Program-made: the position numbers and the translations under genes
Part shown: piece by piece, positions 14,401-27,277 of the stretch
How positions within the stretch are numbered: position 1 is the stretch's first letter
Layout of the letters: each line of letters starts with the position of its first letter
Notes under the pieces: generated by a model
What the model was told of the DNA's origin: nothing
The model's input: only the letters and a program-made list of their open reading frames with translations
Database searches by the model: none
Assembly (NCBI RefSeq): GCF_964355755.1
Contig: NC_092670.1
Coordinates: forward strand, 25,468,795 to 25,532,794
Direction: 5' to 3'
Origin: Antedon mediterranea
Taxonomy: Eukaryota > Animalia > Echinodermata
DNA: 64,000 nt

Positions 14401-14780
14401 TTTAAGTGATGCTATATTGATATAGTTACCATTGTTCGTATACAGATGGTCAATTATTGTACCATTTCCATTGATATCATTTCGTCTTGAGACGAAATCA
14501 ACCATCAGGGTCAGGTTAAGAGAAGACATTGTGCCATCTAAATGGTTTAATAGATGTTTAGCGACATTATTGTTCAAATTCGTGGTGTCAATGTTAATGT
14601 CCCCTACTAGAAATATTGCACTAAACAGGTCAAAGCTTTCCTGAAGCTTGTCAAAAAACACACTTTGGCATTGGAGGACGATATAAACTGCCTAAGAGAA
14701 ATTTGCCTTTTTTGGTGTATAAGTACTCACTCCATAATATTTCCAGGCCATCAACACAGTATTTAATTGCGATGCCACTT
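11420..14780 (-). mobile_element. Degenerate LINE ORF2 (APE endonuclease plus RT linker), CR1/L2 group
   Basis: Motifs IFLVGDINID, GTIIDHLYTN, SWNLFKTRFLEII and NGKAFWSFV occur in successive broken ORFs; the element is interrupted by a TTAA MITE. Confidence 0.7.
13704..14401. mobile_element. Non-autonomous TTAA-targeting DNA transposon (Kolobok-like MITE)
   Basis: Apparently perfect ~200-bp TIRs (AGGACAACTGTACCGAGG... / ...CCTCGGTACAGTTGTCCT) with TTAA on both sides (13700-13703, 14402-14405). Confidence 0.88.
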
Positions 14781-14799
14781 TTTTTTTCAATTCTCTTTT

Positions 14800-15530
14800 A
14801 AGGGATTTTATTCAAACATATATAGGCATCAGGCCCTTTTATTTTACAAAAGTAAGTAACATGTGTTGCATAATATTTTTTTTTTTCGTGAGCAATAAAA
14901 ACACAATTTGCGACCTCTCCTGTAATGTTTTTGTTATTCATTAATAGTTAACTAAGGAAATGAACAACAAAACTTAGGAATATATTTGGTTCTGATATTT
15001 CTATAGAAAGGATAAATTAACATAAAGTGAATTTCATCTTCTATTAAACTTAAATTACAAACTTTACATAAACGTTCTTCGGGTGGAACTTTGTTCCATC
15101 TGCCTTTTTCAACTTCGAGATCTAGAACGCCTAAACGAAAGTTTGTTGTAACTCTCTTACGTTTCCTATCTGTAATATTTAATAAATGATAACTTAATTC
15201 AATCTCTGATTTAAACAATTTAAAATACTTCAATTTTAATGAATTTTGAACTTCTCAACATAGTTTTTTTTTGTCTAAATCCCTGAGTCTAAGTTTAAAA
15301 TCATTAATAAATTTATATTTGTTTTCAACTTTCTGGTCGTACCAGACGTAGCCATAGCCAGTGGAACAAAGCAGATCTTTTACTTGTTTGACCCAACATA
15401 GGTCATTTCTATTAGTTTTTCTTAGTTGAAACGTGTAACATTTAAAAAGAAATCTATTTTATCCATTTCAATGATACGTAACCAAAATAATATAAATAAA
15501 GCAATCAATTTGTAAGGATAGTCTGCCTAA
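14800..15530 (-). mobile_element. LINE 3' fragment with C-terminal zinc-knuckle region
   Basis: FRLGVLDLEVEKGRW..RLCKVC..IEDEIHFML; a related fragment (IEDEYHFTLVCPFY) lies at about 38308-38570. Confidence 0.7.
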
Positions 15531-16725
15531 TTCAGATCTGACAGCTGGGTGCGCCGCGTTTCCAATGGCTAAAATAAATCTTGAAAATCGGTTCTTTGCG
15601 CACATTGACTCGTTCTTGGGATGGGATGTTGGTCCTGTACGTGTACATTATATTCGATGTCTCCTGGTGTGTGCTGAATTGATAGGCGCTGCACTGCTGG
15701 ATGCCGTGGGTCCGTGGAGGGCCTAATCCAAATTTCCTTAGTTTCCAGTTAAGCTTGAGGACCAAGAATAATACATTTTAACAAATAGTATTTATATATT
15801 ATATTTATATTTATAAAAAATCAAGATTTAAAATGAGAGCCATGTACAAATCCGGCGAACCAAATTACTGGTAGAACTAAAAAACTAAAAAGTAAAGATT
15901 TAAAACAATATGGGTACAAATATTTTAGATTTATTTTAGGTATTGAAAGAACTCGAAGTTTATTTACATTCCAGTACGAATATCTTAATTTATTAAACTC
16001 TTTAAAATTAACTTAAATACGGAAAAAAAAATCGCACGCAACGGCAACTTGTTGAGTAAAATACACTGCCATAAAGTACCGTAAGTTTGTTTTGCAGTTT
16101 ATTCAATGCAGTAATAATATAACGCGCAATTTAAATGCGTGCACGTCGCACTCTAGCGACAAAAACAAAATGAACGCAATTGTGAGAGTGCTTGATCGAT
16201 AATGTATAAGTAAAATATACCCTTAAAACAATATTCTAATATTTATCTTCCATCCATTGGCTGTGCTCTCACAATTTATTTTGAAATGCCAACTGTTGTA
16301 ATCCTTAAAGAGAAAGAAATATTTGTTACTACAACTTGTATTAATTGATACTATGAGACTGCACGTCAAACGCGTGATAGAACTCGTTTAAAGCATATAA
16401 TATTTACAATCATAACTGAAAATAATATTTGACTCAGGCGCATCACAGCTGCGGTCCAAGTGAATTGCGCCGGGGGCCTGATACAGTAATGCAATTGTCG
16501 TCACACCGCTGTAAAAAAGAAATTACGTTTATTCGTATGCCATAACAAAGTGACGAGCGGATAGTGGTTCATTTCATTTTTAACAGAGTTTCTATTATCT
16601 ATCGTCGATATATAGATGGATAGTGATCAATGCGGAATTTACTCAATTTATAATAGAAACAGCCTATCGACACTCCAGTATTGCTCTTATTTCGATGCAT
16701 GTTATCAACCAGAAGCTGCAGAGTA

Positions 16726-16734
16726 ATGGCTAAC
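16726..16734 (+). CDS. Candidate start-codon exon (M-A-N) of the A-type sialyltransferase
   Basis: ATG GCT AAC|GTAAGT is a strong phase-0 donor, with an upstream acceptor tttttaacag at 16586. It joins in frame to the anchor exon at 21628 or 59800. Confidence 0.5.
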
Positions 16735-19129
16735 GTAAGTGCCGTACAGATTTGTACAGGTTTTTCCTGTGAGTGTGGGTTCGTTTATATTCCTCAGTTA
16801 CAAAATAGGCCTTATTGTGTCTATTCACCTAATTTATATCAAATGTTACTACTAACTCGTTTTCTGCCTACTGTTTATTTATATATATGAGTTGTCTGCA
16901 TACCATAACATGGTTTATTCATGTATTGCATAGACACATAGTATACGTACATCCGGGCCCATTACATATTAAATAATACATCACAACACATCATTTGTTG
17001 ATATAGGCCTAGAGTCATACATTATACAATACATCCATCTGTTAATACAAGATATTTGTCACTTATAACGAAACAGTTACTGGATAGAACTAGTTACTGG
17101 AACAAAAAGTGAAAATGTAAATAAATTAATCTCATTGTTAACCTTTTGTATTTACAAATCTAAATAATTATATGAAATCTTCAGAAAAGTATACAAAAAG
17201 ATCAACAATGATTTGGCGCTTGTTCCGAGTAGAACTCAGACATTATTTATATATGTTTTGCTTGTAATGTAAATAAAGCTCACATTAAATGGGCTAAAGT
17301 AAAAGAGAAATTAATGAATCACATTTCATAAAATCGAGAAAAAAAATGTTTTTTCTTTTCTCTTTCTTTCTTTTTCTTTCTTCTATATTGAGAAAAATTA
17401 AAAAGAATACTGAAGTAACTTTTTTAATACACTTATCGTATTTTACCTATAAACAGAAAGATGAAAAAGAAAGAAAGAAATATAAAGAAAAACAACGCTT
17501 CAATACGTTGGCCAAATGTTATAAGAGGGTATGTGCCAATATAACAAATTAAGCTATGTTTTAAAAAGATATCTCTTTTAACCATATTATAGTACATACA
17601 TGTTATAAACACATGTTTTTTTTTTAACATAAATATACTTTGCATGGCCTGGGCAATAATAAAAGCACACTCTGATAAAAGTACTAAAAATAAAATAAAA
17701 ACAAATTGTATCACAAATAAAATGCGGAACTACTGTATTTACGGCCATTGATTTGTTATACACTATCCCTTCACTTTAAAATATATGTGGGCTAAAAATT
17801 AAAGCGATAGTGGATATGGAACTTTTGACTGTTTAGACTTTTCGAAAATAAAAGACGCTAAAGAAAATTGTTGCTGTGTGAATTAGAAGTGCGCGCAAAC
17901 ATAACGAAAATATAAAATGCCAAACTATATTATTTTGGGTGTTTTTCGTGGTGCAAAATTGGTAAGTTATCGAATTAAGATGTGAAGTATTTTTAGACAA
18001 GGAATGGTTTAATGTTTTAAAGTAATATATATGCATTATTTTTTCAAAAGGTCAACAAGGGAATGGGTCTTTTAATTCTAAACCGCCTGATATATGCTTA
18101 GGCTACTGGAAATTGATTAATAAATAGAAAGCAAATTTCATATTGAATTTTAATTATTATTATTATTACTAATAGAGGTTTAGAGCCTTTTGAGTTTTGA
18201 TAGATTTGTTTTATAGAATTTAAAAAGTTTATAGAATTATTAGACCTATAGATTTGTATGCCTTTTTCACATTTCTGAATTTGTACAATTGTAAAATTTT
18301 ATAATTTAATTATTATGTAATTTTAATCTATTTATATTAATTTCAGTTACATTACTGTTAAACTGTAAACATTTAAAAACACATTCAGACAATGAACTTA
18401 CTTCTTCCAGACTACGGTTTTATCAGAGAAATCGGTTTGGATCATATTTAAGAAGTAATTAAAGACACTAGACCTACGTTGTTTTTACCGAATTTGCACT
18501 CTACATTTTATGTAAAAATAAATACCATAAATTGCGATATTTTTCGTCTTTAAACAGTGAAATGTGAAAAATCCCCAACATGCATCGCGCGCGGATTGAT
18601 AATATGGTCGTATTGTATCGTAATGCACCCACTTCACCGATCGCATTAAAGGGTAAACAAATAGAAGAACCGTTTTCAGCAAAAATTCCTGGTCTTCCCC
18701 AATTAGTATTAACGGATTCTGCCAAAATAAGAAAGACAATTAATTCAGAAAGTCTATTTTTAAGTCCATATATCTTGGTTCGACCATCAAAGAAGAGGGC
18801 TAAAAAACAGTAATTGCAAGAGCACCATAACCAGCCATTGCTGTCGCAAAGCTAAACATTATTTGGAGAGACAAAAACATTAGTCTGAAAATAAAACAAT
18901 CTGGACCAAGATCCCAATTCTGGACCACTTTTATTATTTTTACTAATTTCAAGTCGTACGTCAAAAAAGACAGATCTTTATCACAATTTGTTGTCCTTTT
19001 TCTCTTTTTACTTCGGAGGTTGCATTACATTTGTTATTTGCCAATAAGATGAATTATTGTTCTGTATCTGTATTATAGCCAGAAAAGATTAGATTTTTAA
19101 TTTCTGTAGATTTTAAGTATCTAAATTAA

Positions 19130-19845
19130 CAGTAGTTAATTTATGTTTCCAAAGTGTGATTTGTGGAATTCCATCTCTTCATCATATGTGAAAGTATATA
19201 GAAACTAAAATGATGTCTCTACCTAGAGTAGTGGTTATGGTGACACGTAAATCCTGTGTGAAAGCATAGTCAATGGAATTATTGACTATGGTGAAAGTTA
19301 CCTTAATCCTTTGAAAATAAGGTCAGAGATCAAATACGGGACTTATGGACATTTGTTGGACAAAATGTTCCATAAGAACAATTTAAAAAAAAAATTAAAT
19401 GTCTACAACTAGCGGTCGGCGTTCTATGGGCAGGGCCTATACCCTATATTTTAACCCTTAATTTGCATATTTCAGCTAATTTGCATATGTTCCAAAGGTG
19501 TTACCGAGGTGTGATTTGTGGAATTCCATCCCCTCATCATATTTGAAAGTATATATAATAAAATAAATGTTCTCTCTAGTTGAGATAATGGAGATACGTA
19601 AATCCTGTGAAAATTACATATAATTCTTTAAACATAAGGTCACAGGTCAAATACAGCATTTCCGGTCATTTTTGGACAAAAATAAGAAGGAATATAAACA
19701 TATATATTTTGAACAATTTAAAAGAAAATTTACTTTCTACAACTAGCGGTTAGCTTTCCCTATATTTTTACCCTAATTTGCATATTTCAGCTAATTTGCA
19801 TATGTTCTCAAAGTGTGATTTGTGGAATTTCATCTCCACTCATTT
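19130..19845. repeat. Diverged tandem repeat, unit about 310-350 bp, 2+ copies
   Basis: GTGTGATTTGTGGAATT(C/T)CATC recurs near 19155, 19510 and 19815, with shared downstream blocks. Confidence 0.75.
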
Positions 19846-20449
19846 AATTTCTTCAACTACATTTTTCTCCATTTCCATTTCCCTTTATTGTCATTTGCAT
19901 ATACAGTAAAACAAAATATATACATAGAAATTGTGTTTGCTCTGAGACACAAAATACAGATATAAACAAGAAATATTTCTTACAAAAAAACGCTGCTCGC
20001 TTATTGACGTAACAGTCTTAAAGATATATTGTCCCTCTGAAAAATATTTTTTATTTCAAATTTGTTTTTGAATGTGTCATTTTATTGTCACATACGGGGT
20101 CACATAATAGTTATTTTACCTGAAAAAAATGTAACTAAAAGCAAAAAATACAATTGTCTGTCAGACAATGTGGTTTTTGAGTTATAATTAAACGTTTCTT
20201 TTCTCTTTTTATAATGTGAATTTTGATACAGAAGTGAATAACTTTGATATGAAACAGACTCAATTTAGTTTATTTTATTGCTAAGGTCAAATCTGGTGGT
20301 CACTTCATCACGCCTTAGATACTTCAAGTGTGAAGTATCATATTACAAACAAAAACTTTCATGGACTGTTTTGATCCGAAATACAGTATTGTCATGGGAC
20401 TCATAAATACCAGAAATGCAGCTGCTACCTATGCCAAAAATACAAAAGT

Positions 20450-20705
20450 AAAACAAACAACGTACTTTCACAAACGAACAACCTACTTTCACAAACGAAC
20501 AACCTACTTTCACAAACGAACGATCTAAATTAAAACAAAGAACGTACTTTTACAAACGAACAACCTACTTTCACAAACGAACGAACAAATTTAAAACAAA
20601 CAACGTACTTTAAAAAACGAACAACCTACTTTTACGCGAACAACGTATTTTTTACAAACAGACAACGTACATTGATAAACGAACAACCTGCTTTACCAAA
20701 CGACG
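20450..20705. repeat. 21-bp minisatellite
   Basis: About 12 copies of TACTTTCACAAACGAACAACC variants. Confidence 0.9.
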
Positions 20706-21296
20706 TAGATTGCCGAATGAACTAAGGACTCGTCCATTTTTTAAGTCGGGTAATTGCAAAAGTTCCGATAAGAGGATATGCCTTAGAGGGATCTCAAAGC
20801 GAGCAGCCTGTATCTTGCGCGCGTAAGCAAAACTCATCCTGACAAATGGAGGAAAAGTGACCCTCATGAAACGTTTTCTGGAAGATATTGAATTCTAGAT
20901 ACGAATTCATGTAAAAATGTTACGTATCGGATGTTGTGACATCCTTTTATGGCCAGTTGAATTATAAAAGTCGTATTTTTATCTTTTGCGTCATAGTTCA
21001 TTTAAAATATTCTACGCATCCAAATTCTTCTACACGTTAGTATGTTGTTGCTCAGATAAATTCCTTCCAAAATTGCTATCTTCGTGTTAATTTTGATGAC
21101 GTCATCATGATAAAAATTAAAATAAAGGCGGGTCCCATAATTTTACCTATGCTACACTGTATGTAGTTATATAGTGTATACTCTATATTCTTAGACACAA
21201 AATAGAGAGCTCACTATTAACAACATTTTATTTTCCTCAGGTCATGTGGTGTTTTATTTTTGCTACATTGACCGGACTAATAACACTATAATTGTA

Positions 21297-21531
21297 TGTT
21301 GATATAAAGTTTGCGGTACACCACGTGTATTAGTTCTGAAACTGTTGAGCTTCTCGACGTTTCGATCAATATGCTTTGATCGTCCTCATGAGTGAGGATG
21401 TTCATTCACTCCTGAGGACGATCAAAGCATATTGATCCAAACGTTGAGAAACTCAACAGTTCTTTTCAGAACTAATACACGTGGTGTACCGCAACTGTAA
21501 CTTTTGATTTCGCCATGGAAACCTTCAAACA
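21297..21531. mobile_element. Penelope-like inverted terminal fragment with hammerhead-like cores
   Basis: Inverted repeat of ~90-bp arms (21311-21494) containing CTGAGGA-CGATC..GATC-(G/C)AAAC, flanked by the 12-bp direct repeat ACTATAATTGTA (21285-21296, 21532-21543). Confidence 0.65.
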
Positions 21532-21627
21532 ACTATAATTGTAATGACAAAATGTTGCTCATATCCAATAATATGATCATAATTATGTGATACCGTAGTA
21601 AATAATATTATATTGGGTTTTTTTTAG

Positions 21628-21743
21628 GTCAAGCGAAAACAATTCATTCTGTTTGTAAGCATTGTCGCTTGTTTCCTCTGTGGTTTTACATACACATACA
21701 GAAATATTGACTTATCGTATCCGAAGCCTAAACAATGTAAAAG
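21628..21743 (+). CDS. Type II membrane-anchor exon of the A-type sialyltransferase (copy 1)
   Basis: tttag|VKRKQFILFVSIVACFLCGFTYTYRNIDLSYPKPKQCK-AG|gtgggt gives a basic tail plus hydrophobic span. It ends in CK(R) with a phase-2 donor, like exon 1 of copy B (PVPVECKR). Confidence 0.68.
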
Positions 21744-22298
21744 GTGGGTAGCAATTCTTTAATACAAAATAATAACAATAATAATTAAAGCCGAGTGGAA
21801 TTTATTTAAAATAATCTGTGTAGTATAAGTTTAAACCATTATGCTAATATTTGTTCTATATGTTTAAATTTTACAGCAGTGTAGGACCTAAATCAGAATT
21901 TTAACAAATGTATAGACGAGTTTAAACTTTATATATGTCAGGTACCATGTCACGGTTTGGACTATAAACTTAACCAATCAACGAATATTGTATAGGTTTA
22001 AGACTGCTGATATTGTATTATTAGCCAACAATAAACAAACAAGGCCAACAGCCATAAGTCGCGTATAGTGATACCGGACAAAATGAGTAGGCCTACGCTA
22101 TAAATAACTAAACTATAGGAATACCGTCAGCGGTGGTTCTAAACAATGTAACTAACCACATATAACACATGAAATATAAACACTATGATTATCAAATGTT
22201 TGATGTTAAATCCAGGTGATCTGTAAATAATATCTACGTTAACATGTTATTTCTGTATACTAGCTATCATTATACAAGTGCAAGTTTGCGTACGTAAC

Positions 22299-24282
22299 TG
22301 TCATATTAAATGTTGTGATTCTCTGTGTTTAGAGAAGGATGCTTTAGACCAGGTCCGCCTTATTATTAGCCAATCAAAATCGTATAATTTTTGGAGGGAA
22401 AATGTTATCCTCCTCTGAAGCCTAAAATTTGCATATCCAGTATAAAAGTGGAATGTAATAGATATTAGGAGAAGAGAGAATAAGATCAGAGTAGATAAAC
22501 GGAAAGATGATAAAGAAAATATTAAGGCTTGACTGGTAGTGGTAGAAATATGTATTAATCGAGTTACAAGGAATAAAAGTTCTAGTTGAGTTAAAGGGGG
22601 ATTCTGGGTTTAAAATTGCTTTTAAATATCGTTTATTTATTAAATAAAAAATATTATAACAATATAGACATGTCAGAATGAAGAAGTAATAACGAGAAAT
22701 TAAAAAAATTAAATTTCATATACATTTTAGGGTAAATTCATGGAAAGTCTGTTTTTCAGCAGCTTAGGGAAGCTCATTAATATTCATGAGATATTCACAA
22801 AATCACGTCACCAGTGGATTCCAAACTCGCGACGTCATGTACGTTGTGTTTGTCAACTAATTTACATCTCTCTCCCCTGTCAAACGACGACCACCCGATC
22901 ATTGTGAAATACATTTTTTGTAGATTTTCTAAGCTAGGCCTAAAGTGTAATAATAACAGTAGTAGCATATATTTATTTGACATTTAATGAAATACAAAAT
23001 TTAGTACAGATACGGAGTCATAAATTATACTATTTTTATAACTCTATAGTACAGATCGTATTATCGGCTTCACGTACAATACTACTCTAGGCCTAGCCTA
23101 ATAATAATATGGGCGAGAGCCATTCTGACTAGGGATTCCATGCCACGATGGCTACGTTAAAACAATGGGGCCCATGGGCCTAGCTAGCCTACTACTAGAC
23201 GATTGGCCCATAAATAACAAAACCCATCCTATCAACCAAACTCATAAACAATCTAAACCTAAAACGTTCTACAAGATCGGCTGTAAATATTGAAGCAAAA
23301 CAAGGTCCGATCGCCGTCCACACGTATGGTGTCCCGATCGTCTAAGTAGGCCTAAAATAAAATAGGCTTAGTTTACTCTCCAAAAAAGCGGATACTCATG
23401 CATCAAGCAAGTAGACCAGGTAGTAGGAAGGAGACCTAGCCGATCCGGCCCAGTTAAAAATTGAGCTAGCTAGTGTAGTAGAAGACCCTATGCGAATTGA
23501 TACTACCAGGCCTTTTACTATAGGCTGCACTACACAAATATTCCAACTCTCTCATTCGAGCTATATTATCTATACCATTCCGGTAGGTCAAGTCGACCTT
23601 CAATCAAATACTGTACATCGTTCATGTTGTGATTATAGACGGGGTATACTCGACCCGACCAGTTTGGTATTGTTGTATCTGCTTATCACGTGACGATGCC
23701 AGGCATGGGCAGCAGAGACAGAGCACGTGTATCGTCGTCTCGCTCGATCCTCAGCAGGAGGAATGTACAGTATACGTTACGCTTCATTGATTTTGATTTT
23801 TCCCTAAGTCGGTGCGAAAATCGGCAAACGTAAAGTGCAAACATATCTAATTTTTCACTGTTTTGATAAATTTTCATAAAAAATTGACTTTATAAATGGG
23901 AAGACCGACTAAAATTACATCAGATAAGTATAATTTTACAAAAGTAATTGATATGGTTTATGATAACGAGTCGTCGGAAGATGGACCATTTCACGAATTT
24001 CCTATTTTGTAATCACAGTGTGATTTTGCCGTAGCTGCACTTGTAATCTGGCCTGAGTTCACAGCCTTCGTTCTGCTTCACTGGGCGCTTATATAAATTG
24101 AAACTTTTACCGTTCAAGAGACAAACAAATATATTTTACATTTTTTACTATTCATTTTAAACCCGGAACCCCCCTTTAAATATACTTTTTGTATGAGTTA
24201 TCATTCAGTGACAGCTGTGTACGTCGCGTGGAAATATATACGCCTGAGAAAGCTCGGAACCAACTAAAATAAATTCACTACA
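22299..24282 (+). mobile_element. Solitary LTR of the Gmr1-type Gypsy family, split by a TTAA transposon
   Basis: TGTCATATT...TTCACTACA is closely similar to the LTRs at 33125 and 53664. It has one copy of the U5 repeat instead of two. The flanks GTAAC and CTTAG do not form a TSD. Confidence 0.9.
22595..24175. mobile_element. Non-autonomous TTAA DNA transposon (Kolobok-like) inserted in the LTR
   Basis: TIRs AGGGGGATTCTGGGTTTAAAA / TTTTAAACCCGGAACCCCCCT; the single TTAA of the intact LTR (GAGTTAAATATAC) is duplicated. Confidence 0.88.
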
Positions 24283-26700
24283 CTTAGCAAAAGTTTAATT
24301 TATATCTTGCGCTAACTTTTTGTGCACTAAAAATGGCATGTTTTACACGAAGTTACGCGCGCATTTAAAATGCGAAAAATTAATTTCTAATCAACTTTCT
24401 ACGCTGATCATGACATTTTGAGCATGTCAAAAATTCCCACGCGCGCGAACAATTTTACACGCGTGGTCCGCACGTAGCGCTAAAAACATCTTTTTTTGCG
24501 TGAATTATGTTTTTCCAGCCTTTTATAGTAATTTTACCAAATTTTAAAACAATTTAGACTTAAAATTACGTCATACGAGCACGTCGAATTGTACAATTTG
24601 TGGGTGTTTTTAATGAACAAATTAAAAAATTCGTCAAAATTATGCCTTTTTTTAAACAATCATAGATTCTAAACTACGAGGTAAACTTTTTTTTACTTAC
24701 ATATTCTGGAAGGTGATGAGTTGTAGATATCGGATCATTAATCAATATGGCTAACCGGACATTGTGACATCATCGTATGGCCACACGAATGTAAAATATA
24801 TGATTTTTGTCTCTTTCGTTTATTGCTCATCACATTAAATGGAGCTCATCACGCTTATCTGTATTCCTTTTTCTCCGAGATTTTAATAGTGTCTAGGTCA
24901 ATCAACTATCTTATGCATGAGTTAAAAATATTTAATTTTTATACCATCATCATGCCTAAAAATTTAAATTACGTGTATACAGATTTTACTGTGTACTTTA
25001 AAATATATATACTATATGACACAAAATAGACAGAATTTAGCACAAACAACATATCATATTCTTCAGTTCAGGTCATAATGCCATAATCTTTTTCTGTGTG
25101 CAACATTCCAACGTATGACGTGCACGTGGCGTTTGTCGAGCGGATAACTAACTCGTCAAAGTGACGAGTTTCATGTCTAGTTATTGTTTCTGTACACTAT
25201 TTTGTGTAACAATTATCTCAAAAAGTTTAATGTCAATGATTACCAAAATTTCAGAATATCTTTCAAATAATATAACTTAATCCTAATGAGCTTTCCAGCG
25301 TAATCACTCATCCGTGACGTCATTTATACGCCATTTTGTGAAATCACATTATCAATCATATCTCCATAATTCATTATGACATATTAATGAAATTCAATAC
25401 AGGTAAACTTCAGGTCAAGGGTAAAAATATTAGCAAATAAAAAGTTGCGCGTTTCAAGGTCATGCACGTGAAATCGCGCGTTAAATATTTAAAACGCGCA
25501 AAATTAGGTTTTGATCAATTTAGAGCATGAATTAGGCCATTTGCGCGTTTCAAAAAATTACTGCGCAAAAATGCGTTTTTGTGCGCACGATTCTTAAAAT
25601 GCGTAAAAAATAAAATTTGATGTATAAATCACATTCTACTCACAATCCTTAGTACATTCACCAATTTTGAGTCCATTCCGACTTAAAATAACGCTATACG
25701 AGCACGTTAAAAATGACAAAATGCGCACACTAATTGTACAAAAGTGCTAAAAATGGTAAAAAATAAGGACTTTTTAAAATGAATATAACTCTTCAGAATG
25801 GCAGATGACCCCCAATTTTTTTAACTTATTATGGAAGCCAATAAGTTGTAGATACAAATGTATATACACATTAGACGTACAAAATGGTATGACGTCATCA
25901 AATGGCCACTTGAATTTAAAAATTAGGAATTTTTATCTTTTTGTGTGGGTAATCACATTCAATAGAGCGCATCTCCGTTATTTGAGCCCGATTTTCGCAC
26001 AACTTTTAGTATGTGCTTGCTCAATTAATTATTCTTCTAATGAGTTGTCAACATTTTTATTTTGATGACGTCATCACGCGTAAAAACTTGAATAACCTAG
26101 GTCGTGTAATTTCAGCTACACCATACATTTGAATATCTTATAGCTCTTCAGAATTAAAGGTGACCTTGAAGATTATAACTTATTATGAAAGCTGATGAAA
26201 TTTAGATATGAATTCATATTAAAATTAAGCCTATCGGATGTTGTGATGTTATCATATGGCCAGTTGAAGTTAAAAAGTAGTTTTTAAATTTCTTTAGTCA
26301 AAGTTATACAAATTTCAAAGACCGCGCATTGCGCTTCTACGTGTCAAATTTTCTTCCAATCCTTATATTTATTTGCTCAATTCATTATCTTTCGAAATTG
26401 TCATCTTCGAGTTTATTTTGAAAATTCCATCATACCAAAAAATTAGAACACGATATGAGTCCCGTAATTTCACCTATGCTACACTGTATATAGATATACA
26501 GTATATACTGTACATATTGTATGACACATAATAGGTAGAACTCAGCACTATAAGTGTATATGCATCATGTCATAGGATGGCGTACATCAACTTTTGACGA
26601 TCGTATGTTAACGTACATGCATGTTTAAAAAATGTTAATTTTATTAAAATGATAAAAATGATCACCTAAAATTCGTCAAAGTGACGAATTAAATTCTAGT
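24283..26700 (+). mobile_element. Helitron/Helentron-like non-autonomous repeat, two tandem units, left end truncated
   Basis: Units end in the hairpin (ACT/ATT)CGTCAAAGTGACG(AGT/AAT) followed by CTAGT (near 25150-25181 and 26670-26700). Internal blocks repeat between the units and at about 20860-21240. Confidence 0.55.
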
Positions 26701-26834
26701 ATTATTATTTGTATTTCTCAAACATCACTCAACGTTTGATGGGTGGGGGTGGGGAGCTTTATATTTGCGACACGCTATGAATTAACCTACTTTTCATTTT
26801 ATCATTAGTGGGGAAACGGACACGTGCCTCCTTA
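26701..26834 (+). repeat. Near-identical copy of copy B last-intron sequence (4918-5051)
   Basis: 134 bp match with about 2 substitutions (ATTTCTCAAACATCACTCAACG...GGACACGTGCCTCCTTA). Confidence 0.9.
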
Positions 26835-27277
26835 TAGGCCATCGGGTGAAAATCCTATCGTTCAATCCCGTTCCAGTCTTATTAGCCTAAAAAAGCACTA
26901 CACGATAATTATGTTAGTAATATTTTAAAAGTAATAACACAAAGTTTCACCTAAAAAACGTATCATATAACAAGGAAAACACATTTCAACGTCAGTGTTT
27001 GAAAATTTTTTTACATTATGTTGACCCATGACCTTTTCCACACGAAACTCTTTTAGCCAAAAAATGTTTTTTTTTCATTGAGGTTTTATTCATTAAATAA
27101 AATATTTATTCACAAAAACTACATTCAATAAGTATGATGTACAATTGATAACATGTAAACAGGTATATATAGATAAATGGGGAAAGAAATAAAATTAACA
27201 GCCAAATCAAAAGTTGTTGGGTAACAATTATTTAATTATTAATATTATTTTCATTTATTTTATGTTTTTTATTTCAG

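Noticed and set aside
20450-20705. 21-bp repeats as a possible CRISPR or iteron array
   Set aside because: Head-to-tail minisatellite with no unique spacers.
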